From positions 1 to 13,291 of the forward strand of contig CAZMCX010000013.1 of NCBI GenBank assembly GCA_964565125.1: DNA of 13,291 bases, written 5' to 3'. This document shows, piece by piece, positions 7,518-13,291 of the stretch (its first letter is position 1; every line of letters begins with the position of its first letter). This stretch comes from an uncultured archaeon. GTDB lineage: Archaea > Iainarchaeota > Iainarchaeia > Iainarchaeales > 0-14-0-20-30-16. The translations under genes and the position numbers were made by a program. Under the pieces are notes generated by a model. It did not search any database. It had not been told where the DNA came from and saw only the letters and a program-made list of their open reading frames with translations.

Positions 7518-9140
7518 GTGAAAGAAAAAAGAATAGTATTTATCACGGGATTTTTAGTTGCCCTAATTATTGTGTGTGCCTTTGTTGGAGTAAGATTATT
7601 TTCTTATGTTGATAATTTAGTTACTGATCAGTTTTATTATGTTTCTGGAAATAACGATAACATAGTGCTTGTGCTTATTGGTGATGAAACAATTGCAAAG
7701 TTGGGGGCTTGGCCAATAGATAGAGAAAATTATTCTAAATTTTTAGATAAAATAAATGCAAAAATAATTGGTATTGACATTTCTTTTTTTGACCAGACGA
7801 CAAAAGATGATTTAATAAAAAATTCTATGAAAGACAAAAATGTTGTACTGGCGTCTGAGCTTAGTAATGACCTAAAAACAGAAACAGCCCCAATATTTGG
7901 AATAAATTACGGATACGTGAATGTTCCAGTAGAGAAAGATGGTGTTAGCAGAAAAATAATTGAAACAAAGTATACAAATTTTGCAAAAAAGGTATGTGAA
8001 CTTTACACAAACGATTTATGTAAAGAAACTGGAACATATTTAAATTTTTCTTATATACAAAACAACTTTAAAACTTACAAATTTGAAGATATTGTATTAT
8101 CTAATAAAGAATACGATTTTGGAAAAAAGATTGTATTGCTTGGTTCAAATGTGAAAAATTTGCATGACTATGTTAATACCCCATTACAAAAAGAAATGCA
8201 GGGGGTAGTTTATCAAGCAAATTATATCGAAAACTATTTGCAAAAGAACTTTTTGAATAATTATTTCTATCTTGTGTTTTTGTTTTGTGTATTTTTAGTT
8301 ATAATTACATTTTTAGTTGGATATTTTATTGGTTCTAAGTGGTCTATTTTATTAATTGTCTGCTTGTTCTTATTATGTGTTGTTTTATCGCTTGTATTGT
8401 TTAATTATCTAATAATTTTTAGTTTATTTTATCCTCTTATTTCATTATTAGTTTCTGGAATAGTGTTTTATTTAACAGAATACCAATTTAGGGGCATAGA
8501 AAAAAGAGGGATTACAAATTTATTTAGCAAATATGTTTCAAAAAATGTTGTTAATCATATGCTGAAAGATCCAAAAAAATATACAAATTATAATTCTGAA
8601 AGAAAAAGAGTAACTGTATTATTTGGAGATATTAGGGGGTTCACAAAAATGTCCTCTCAAATGGATTCAGAAGATGTAATGCATACTCTAAACGCGTATC
8701 TTAATGAAATGACGGAAATTATTTTCAAACATGGTGGAACTGTAGACAAATATGTTGGCGATGAAATAATGGCAGTATTTAATTCTCCAACAGAAGTTAA
8801 AGACCATGAAAGAAAAGCATTTGAATGTGCTAAAGAAATGTTGGCGCATGTTGCAAAAGTAAATAAGCAAACCAGAAAGAAGCTAAACTATGGTATTGGA
8901 ATAAATTCGGGTTATGTTGTTGCAGGAAGCTTTGGTTCTAAGCATCGTTTGGAATATGGGGTTTTAGGGGATACGGTAAACTTGGCATCCCGTTTTTGTA
9001 GTGTAGCACAAGGTAATGAAATTGTTATTGGCAAAGGAACATATGATGGCCTAAGAATAGTTGATAGAATTGGGCTCGAAGAAAGAGAATATGATCTAAA
9101 AGGAAAAGGATATATCACTGCACATGTTTGGAAAAAATAA
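7518..9140 (+). CDS. CHASE2 sensor domain / transmembrane / class III adenylate (or guanylate) cyclase
   Basis: N-terminal TM segment (ITGFLVALIIVCAFVGV). CHASE2 hallmark IVLVLIGDETIAKLGAWPIDRENYSKFLDKI...IIGIDISFFD. About three TM helices (YFYLVFLFCVFLVIITFLVGYF...ILLIVCLFLLCVVLSLVLF...LISLLVSGIVFYL). The class III cyclase core follows: RVTVLFGDIRGFT, DKYVGDEIMAVF, GINSGYVVAGSFGS, GVLGDTVNLASRF. I prefer the GTG start at 7518 because GAGGTG (7506-7511) lies 6 nt upstream. The ORF-track start, GTG at 7497 overlapping the upstream TAG, is the alternative. Confidence 0.88.
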   Translation: MKEKRIVFITGFLVALIIVCAFVGVRLFSYVDNLVTDQFYYVSGNNDNIVLVLIGDETIAKLGAWPIDRENYSKFLDKINAKIIGIDISFFDQTTKDDLIKNSMKDKNVVLASELSNDLKTETAPIFGINYGYVNVPVEKDGVSRKIIETKYTNFAKKVCELYTNDLCKETGTYLNFSYIQNNFKTYKFEDIVLSNKEYDFGKKIVLLGSNVKNLHDYVNTPLQKEMQGVVYQANYIENYLQKNFLNNYFYLVFLFCVFLVIITFLVGYFIGSKWSILLIVCLFLLCVVLSLVLFNYLIIFSLFYPLISLLVSGIVFYLTEYQFRGIEKRGITNLFSKYVSKNVVNHMLKDPKKYTNYNSERKRVTVLFGDIRGFTKMSSQMDSEDVMHTLNAYLNEMTEIIFKHGGTVDKYVGDEIMAVFNSPTEVKDHERKAFECAKEMLAHVAKVNKQTRKKLNYGIGINSGYVVAGSFGSKHRLEYGVLGDTVNLASRFCSVAQGNEIVIGKGTYDGLRIVDRIGLEEREYDLKGKGYITAHVWKK

Positions 9141-9224
9141 TTTTTCCTGCAGAAAAAATAATCTTTATAGGTTGACAAGATTAATAGGATTCTTTTATGC
9201 TTAGATGTAACTTGTCTTTGGTTT

Positions 9225-9917
9225 ATGCTTACTTGGGTGTGGTTTGTCTTGTTATCTGCGAAAATTGAAGAACTTAAAAAAGACAAAATATCAAAACTAA
9301 TTTCTAGCAGAATAAAAGAGTTTAAAACTAAAAGATCAAGCGAGGAGGTATTTTCTGAACTCTGTTTTTGTATTCTAACTGCGAATTTTAATGCGGAAAG
9401 AAGTATACAGATCCAAGAGTAGATAAGGGAAAAAGGATTTCTGAATTTCCCTGAGCAAAAGCTTGCATCCAAATTAAAAGAATTGGGCCATAGATTCCCA
9501 AACACAAGAGCAAAGTATATTGTGGAAGCAAGGGGGCAAGTAGGGAAAATATACTCGCTAATAGGGGAAAAGGACAGCATTAGTCAAACTAAAGAGAAGC
9601 TTAAACAAAAAGAATCCTCTACTGCGCCAGAAATAAGAAATTGGCTTGTAAAAAATATAAACGGTTTAGGCTTAAAAGAATCCAGCCATTTTCTGCGGAA
9701 TATTGGATTTGAAGATTTTGCAATAATAGATTTTCATATTGTGGATTTGTTGGTGCGGGAAGGTTTAATAGTGAAACAGAAACCTGGTGCATTAGCCCCC
9801 AAAATATATAGAGAAATAGAACAGGCCTTAGTCAAGCTAGGTAAAAAAACAGACCTAAACTTGGCAGAATTAGATTTATACTTGTGGTATTTAGAAACAG
9901 GGAAAGTATTGAAGTAA
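9225..9917 (+). pseudogene. ogg: Archaeal-type (Ogg2 family) N-glycosylase/DNA lyase for 8-oxoguanine, interrupted by a single in-frame TAG at 9420-9422
   Basis: The two track ORFs (9225-9422 and 9483-9917) are in the same frame. Read through the TAG, they form one protein collinear with my memory of Methanocaldococcus jannaschii Ogg: KIEELKK...RIKEFK...ELCFCILTANFNAE...(TAG)...KLKELGHRF...RAKYIV...GLGLKESSHFLRNIGFEDFAIIDFHI...LAELDLYLWYLETGKVLK. The HhH-GPD catalytic Lys (LKESSHFLRN) and Asp (AIIDFH) are intact. The true start is uncertain: ATG 9225, GTG 9237, or TTG 9249, which has GGTG 9 nt upstream and best matches the homologue N-terminus. Confidence 0.8.
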
Positions 9918-9972
9918 TTTGCGAATTTGTGTATTATAAGTGAAAGATTTCTAATTTTTATAGTCAGTAGTG

Positions 9973-10034
9973 GTACTTATTGATGCTCTAACTGTCAATA
10001 ACTGTACTTAAGTTGAAGCTCTAACTGTCAATAA
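9973..10034 (+). repeat. Tandem imperfect direct repeat (29 + 31 bp) immediately upstream of the ATPase promoter; candidate transcription-factor operator
   Basis: Unit 1 (9973-10001) is gtacttattgatgctctaactgtcaataa. Unit 2 (10004-10034) is gtacttaagttgaagctctaactgtcaataa. The core gctctaactgtcaataa is identical at 9985-10001 and 10018-10034, 33 bp apart or about three helical turns. Confidence 0.75.
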
Positions 10035-10042
10035 ATGCAACT

Positions 10043-10052
10043 AATATATAAA
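10043..10052 (+). promoter_or_regulatory. Putative TATA box of the ATPase gene (leaderless configuration)
   Basis: aatatataaa is centred about 27 nt upstream of the ATG at 10075. No SD-like sequence intervenes, which is the classic geometry for an archaeal leaderless mRNA. Confidence 0.45.
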
Positions 10053-10074
10053 TGTTTTGTTTAATAGTATCTTT

Positions 10075-11412
10075 ATGGCTCCAATTAACCCGGTATTAGA
10101 TAGTGAAACTAGAATTTTATTGAATCACAATCCTTGGTGGGAATCTGAATTTTCTTTTGATAATGACACGGATCTAATAAAACTAAAAGATAAAAAATTT
10201 ATCAGGCAAGTAGACTGGTTTGAAAACTTAAAAAAAGGGATATATATTTTAAGAGGGCCTAGACAAGTAGGAAAAACAACAGCCATAAAACAAAAAATCC
10301 TGCAATTGACAAAAAAATATTCTCCCGGAGAAATATTATATCTAAATGTAACAAATTACTCTAATAAAGAATTAGATATTTTGCTGACAAAATTTTTATC
10401 TTTAAATAAACAAATAAAATTTATATTTATAGATGAGATATCTTATATTGAAAATTGGAGTAAACTGATAAAAAGTATTTCTGATTTTGGCTTTTTTGAG
10501 GGAAAAACAGTAATTCTGACTGGATCTAATACTTTGGATATGAGGTATGAATATGAAACTATGCCTGGAAGAACCGGCGAAGGAAAAAGAATTATTGCAA
10601 AACCGGTAAGTTATAAAGAATATTTAGAATTGGTTTGTGGAATAAAAATAGACTTGCCTAAAAAAATGTATAATCAAATTGACTTTTTAAATGCTAAATT
10701 TGAAGAATATTTATTGACGGGGGGGCTGCCAGCAGTAATTAATGATTATCTCTCTACGGGGAAAATAAATGATAGTTTTTATGATATTTATATAAAGTGG
10801 ATTATAGGGGATATAGAAAAATATCGATTTAAGTCTAATACTGCAAAAGCGATATTAAAAAAAGTAATTGCTAGTTTGGGGTCAAAGGTATCTTGGGAAT
10901 CTTTAAATGAATATGCGGGGGTATCTCATGTTACTGTGGCAGAATACATTGATGTTTTGGAAAGATCTTTTTTAGTGAATTATTATTATAATGCTACAAG
11001 TGGATCTGTAGATTCTAAAAAAAGAAAGAAAATTTATTTTTTAGACCCTTTCTTTTATTTTTGCGTTTATAAGTGGATTTTTGGAGAAATAAATATGTAT
11101 TCTAAGGCATATAGTATGTTAAAGGATACAAAATTGTTGGGTCTGATTAAAGAAAACTGTGTAAGTTCTTTTTTATGGCAACAAATTGTTGGCTTATCAG
11201 ACACCATAGATTACAAAACAAAAATATTTTTCTTTAGCCCATCCAGGGGAAAAGAAGTGGATTTTGTATTTGATAATATATGCCTTGAAGTTAAGTCTGA
11301 AGATTCAAATAGGCAATCCGGAATTGTTTTGACAAAAGACAAATTTGAAAAAAATAAAATCCCTCTTGCAATATTTTTATTATATCCCCCTACAGAATTT
11401 AAAAAAAGATAG
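10075..11412 (+). CDS. AAA-type ATPase of the AAA_14 + DUF4143 architecture (the 'archaeal ATPase' family), with a C-terminal nuclease-like motif
   Basis: Walker A is LRGPRQVGKTT and Walker B is IKFIFIDEISY. A long C-terminal domain ends in GKEVDFVFDNICLEVKSED, a D...ExK pattern. I prefer the ATG at 10075 (MAPINPV...) because of the TATA spacing. The ORF-track start is TTG at 10057, 6 codons upstream. Stop is TAG at 11410-11412. Confidence 0.8.
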   Translation: MAPINPVLDSETRILLNHNPWWESEFSFDNDTDLIKLKDKKFIRQVDWFENLKKGIYILRGPRQVGKTTAIKQKILQLTKKYSPGEILYLNVTNYSNKELDILLTKFLSLNKQIKFIFIDEISYIENWSKLIKSISDFGFFEGKTVILTGSNTLDMRYEYETMPGRTGEGKRIIAKPVSYKEYLELVCGIKIDLPKKMYNQIDFLNAKFEEYLLTGGLPAVINDYLSTGKINDSFYDIYIKWIIGDIEKYRFKSNTAKAILKKVIASLGSKVSWESLNEYAGVSHVTVAEYIDVLERSFLVNYYYNATSGSVDSKKRKKIYFLDPFFYFCVYKWIFGEINMYSKAYSMLKDTKLLGLIKENCVSSFLWQQIVGLSDTIDYKTKIFFFSPSRGKEVDFVFDNICLEVKSEDSNRQSGIVLTKDKFEKNKIPLAIFLLYPPTEFKKR

Positions 11413-11531
11413 GCAGTTAATATTTGTTTTTGAAAATTGTGTTGAATAATAGACTCTAAAAATTAGCCCCCAAAGAGGGTTAGGGAAAAAATATTCCCTA
11501 TCTATTTGTTTAAACTTATTTCTTCTCAAGA

Positions 11532-11558
11532 AAGCTTTTTGCTTAACGCAAAAAGTTT
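11532..11558. other. Stem-loop aagctttttgc-ttaac-gcaaaaagttt (11-bp stem including one G-U pair)
   Basis: The inverted repeat was read directly. On the minus strand it carries a T5 run, so it could contribute to termination of the small ORF transcript. Function unknown. Confidence 0.35.
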
Positions 11559-11567
11559 CAGGAGCTG

Positions 11568-11595
11568 AATAAGTTTCCACAGGTGGAAACTTATT
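11568..11595 (-). terminator. Perfect 13-bp inverted repeat (aataagtttccac ag gtggaaacttatt) overlapping the stop codon of the small ORF; candidate terminator or protein-binding palindrome
   Basis: The arms at 11568-11580 and 11583-11595 are exact reverse complements. The right arm includes the TAA stop (complement of 11591-11593). Archaeal termination normally relies on oligo-T, so a terminator role is uncertain. Confidence 0.35.
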
Positions 11596-11755
11596 TCTTC
11601 TTCAACATTGGTAGACCTGTTCTTTTGTTTTCTACTACCTTGTATCCGCTTGGCAATTCTATTGAGCCCTTTGGATCCTTTGAAAAGTAGAACAATCTTC
11701 CTTTTTGATGTAGGTGGTATGTTAAACCCTTACTATTCTTATAACTAAATCCCAT
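11591..11755 (-). CDS. Small basic hypothetical protein, 54 aa (MGFSYKNSKGLTYHLHQKGRLFYFSKDPKGSIELPSGYKVVENKRTGLPMLKKK)
   Basis: I translated this by hand from the minus strand. It is absent from the ORF track because it is shorter than 60 aa. The ATG (complement of 11753-11755) is preceded by GGAGG (complement of 11764-11768) with an 8-nt spacer, the best ribosome-binding site in the window. It fills an otherwise empty 430-bp gap. The sequence is non-repetitive and looks globular. It resembles small conserved hypothetical proteins I recall (Y.LH...lfyFSK...lP.GY.vvEn.rTGLP.lKK), but that is unverified. Confidence 0.6.
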   Translation of the reverse strand: MGFSYKNSKGLTYHLHQKGRLFYFSKDPKGSIELPSGYKVVENKRTGLPMLKKK

Positions 11756-11845
11756 TCAGAATTCCTCCATAACTGTTTACGTATAAATTACTTCGTATTC
11801 CTTAATAAACTTATCGCTTTTTTTATTCATAGTTGCGAAGGAAAA

Positions 11846-13243
11846 GTGGTATTTTTGAAAATATATAACTCCCTAACGAAAAAAATAATGGGATTTAGAG
11901 CTAAAAAAGACATAAACATGTATGTCTGCGGCCCAACGGTTTACAATTATGCACATATTGGCAACATGCGAACCTATATTTTGGGGGATTTAATTACTAG
12001 ATTCTTGGAATATAAGGGTTATAATGTAAAATATGTAAGAAATTATACTGATGTTGACGACAAAACAATAAAGGGATCAATAGAAAGTGGAAAGAGCTTA
12101 GAAGAATTTACTAATTTTTATATTAAGGAATTTGAAAAAGACTGCGCTTTGCTAAATTTGAACGAGCCGGATGTAAAACCAAGGCCAACAAAGCTAATAA
12201 AAGAAATTGTGGAATTTATCGAAGATCTAATAAAAGATGGATATGCTTATAAAGCAAAAGATGGTTCAACTTATTTTGATATTTCTAAATTTGTAAACTA
12301 CGGAAAATTAAATAATATTAAACAAAAAGAGTTGAAAAAAGGCGGGAGTGGCCGTGTAAATCTTGATGAATATGAAAAAGATAATGCCTCCGACTTTGTA
12401 TTATGGAAGGCTTGGAAAGAAGAAGACGGAAAAGTATTTTGGAATACTAGTTTGGGAAAAGGAAGACCTGGCTGGCATATAGAATGTTCTGTAATGTGTT
12501 ACAAATATTTGGGAAAAACAGTTGATATCCATGTGGGTGGAGAAGATTTGAAGTTCCCACACCACGAAAACGAAATTGCACAAAGTGAAGCCCATAACAA
12601 GGTGAGATTTACGAACTATTGGGTGCACGGCGGGATGCTAACTGTTGATGGAAAGAAAATGTCAAAGAGATATGGAAATATTTACACTATTAAAGAAGTT
12701 TTGGAAAAGAGCTATAACCCAATTGCTTTGAAATTGTATTATTTTATGTCAAATTATAGGTCTTCAATGGATTTTTCATTTGATGAACTAAAAGAAACTG
12801 AGTTGAAGCTAAATGGATTAAATAAAACAATAAAAAGACTTGTAGGTTATCACGGCCCCAAAGGCGGTGTGGAAGAATATAAAAAGAAAATAAAGATTTA
12901 TTTGAAAGATATTGAGAAAGTAATGGACAATGATTTTAATACAAGGCTTGCAATGACCTATTTATTAGATATGTTTAGTTATATAAATTTAAATATAACC
13001 GAGGGAAAGTTATCTACGGGGAATGTTAAATTCACTTTACAAACTTTAAAGAAGTTGGATACGGTGTTTGGGATTTTCCAATTTCCTGAAATGCCAACAA
13101 AATTAATATTAAAAAAAGTAAAGAAAAGACAATGGTATAGGGCAAAGAAAAATTATGTAATGGCGGATAAAATGAGAGATCAATTAAAGGACTATCTGGT
13201 TGAAGACCATAAGAACGGTGCGTTCTCTGTGTACAAGATTTGA
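11846..13243 (+). CDS. cysS: Cysteine--tRNA ligase (cysteinyl-tRNA synthetase), class I
   Basis: 465 aa, collinear with E. coli CysS. It begins LKIYNSLT...[20 protein letters not shown] (HIGH motif, HIGN). Zinc and cysteine-binding elements are [10 protein letters not shown] and [23 protein letters not shown]. The KMSKS-type motif is KMSKR, and DDFNT is present in the anticodon-binding region. The start is GTG 11846 per the track, or TTG 11855, which gives MKIYNSLT. Stop is TGA at 13241-13243. Confidence 0.95.
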   Translation: MVFLKIYNSLTKKIMGFRAKKDINMYVCGPTVYNYAHIGNMRTYILGDLITRFLEYKGYNVKYVRNYTDVDDKTIKGSIESGKSLEEFTNFYIKEFEKDCALLNLNEPDVKPRPTKLIKEIVEFIEDLIKDGYAYKAKDGSTYFDISKFVNYGKLNNIKQKELKKGGSGRVNLDEYEKDNASDFVLWKAWKEEDGKVFWNTSLGKGRPGWHIECSVMCYKYLGKTVDIHVGGEDLKFPHHENEIAQSEAHNKVRFTNYWVHGGMLTVDGKKMSKRYGNIYTIKEVLEKSYNPIALKLYYFMSNYRSSMDFSFDELKETELKLNGLNKTIKRLVGYHGPKGGVEEYKKKIKIYLKDIEKVMDNDFNTRLAMTYLLDMFSYINLNITEGKLSTGNVKFTLQTLKKLDTVFGIFQFPEMPTKLILKKVKKRQWYRAKKNYVMADKMRDQLKDYLVEDHKNGAFSVYKI

Positions 13244-13291
13244 ACCTTAATATCAAGCGACTTGTCGCGAAGATATGTTACTTTTGGCAGA

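Larger units (their letters stand above)
11512..11601. repeat. 15-bp direct repeat pair aaacttatttcttct (11512-11526 and 11587-11601; 18 of 19 bp match if extended with one indel), 75 bp apart
   Basis: The exact string match was read directly from the sequence. The second copy covers the last four sense codons and the stop of the minus-strand small ORF. An inverted partial copy (aataagttt) forms the left arm of the 11568-11595 palindrome. Confidence 0.7.

Noticed and set aside
9141-9160. tttttcctgcagaaaaaa after the cyclase stop as a hairpin terminator
   Set aside because: The pairing is only A/T runs around a 6-bp PstI-type palindrome, which is not a stable stem. The T5 run alone may act as an archaeal termination signal, but I cannot support a structured terminator.
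9194-9231. 10-bp direct repeat tttatgctta (9194-9203 and 9222-9231), giving two ATGs in identical context upstream of ogg
   Set aside because: It is short and lies in T-rich, low-complexity sequence. The first ATG (9197) opens a different frame that stops after about 23 codons. This is probably chance or a minor duplication and is relevant only to the uncertainty about the ogg start site.
8912-9580. 222-aa minus-strand ORF, unusually long for an AT-rich genome, spanning the cyclase 3' end, the spacer and the ogg 5' half
   Set aside because: It overlaps the catalytic core of the cyclase and the conserved N-terminal half of ogg, both with clear homology-type motifs on the plus strand. It would also have to run through their intergenic promoter. 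Its sequence is Ser/Leu/Phe-rich with no motifs. It is most likely an antisense artefact, and its length is the only thing in its favour.
9973-10034. Whether the ~30-bp repeat units could be a degenerate CRISPR array
   Set aside because: There are only two copies, directly adjacent with a 2-bp gap, no spacers, imperfect 5' halves and no cas genes. A promoter-proximal operator is a better explanation.
11380-11580. 66-aa minus-strand ORF (GTG start inside the 13-bp palindrome) overlapping the ATPase stop
   Set aside because: It starts within a hairpin arm, has no RBS and runs through three stem-loops and into the ATPase 3' end. Its composition is unprotein-like. The adjacent 54-aa ORF explains the coding signal in this gap better.
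13257-13268. Small palindrome gcgac-tt-gtcgc downstream of cysS
   Set aside because: It has a 5-bp stem with a 2-nt loop, which is sterically implausible as an RNA hairpin, and it sits at the window edge without context.

Overview
This is a visibly AT-rich, gene-dense archaeal window. DNA polymerase D is archaea-specific; a small-genome or DPANN-like host is only my inference from composition. Genes in order on the + strand: (1) PolD small subunit DP1 (128-1663), overlapping by 20 nt (2) PolD large subunit DP2 (1644-6500). DP2 is interrupted by a 479-aa LAGLIDADG intein (4320-5756) inside the catalytic KRRN/CDGD motif. (3) A membrane-anchored FecR-domain protein (6553-7497), directly followed by (4) a CHASE2 / 3-TM / class III nucleotide cyclase (7518-9140); this is a bacterial-style sensor pair. 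(5) An archaeal Ogg2-type 8-oxoguanine glycosylase/lyase (9225-9917), broken by one in-frame TAG at 9420-9422. (6) An AAA_14/DUF4143-type ATPase (10075-11412), preceded by a tandem ~30-bp repeat and a TATA box positioned for a leaderless mRNA. (7) On the - strand, a 54-aa ORF with a GGAGG ribosome-binding site (11591-11755) that falls below the ORF-track cutoff; it ends in a hairpin-rich convergent spacer. (8) Cysteinyl-tRNA synthetase (11846-13243). I see no rRNA, tRNA, CRISPR array or transposase. The leads most worth following are the intein's non-canonical splice-site residues, the FecR plus CHASE2-cyclase module in an archaeal context, and the in-frame TAG in an otherwise well conserved ogg gene. 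All homology statements come from motif recognition by eye and memory, not from searches.
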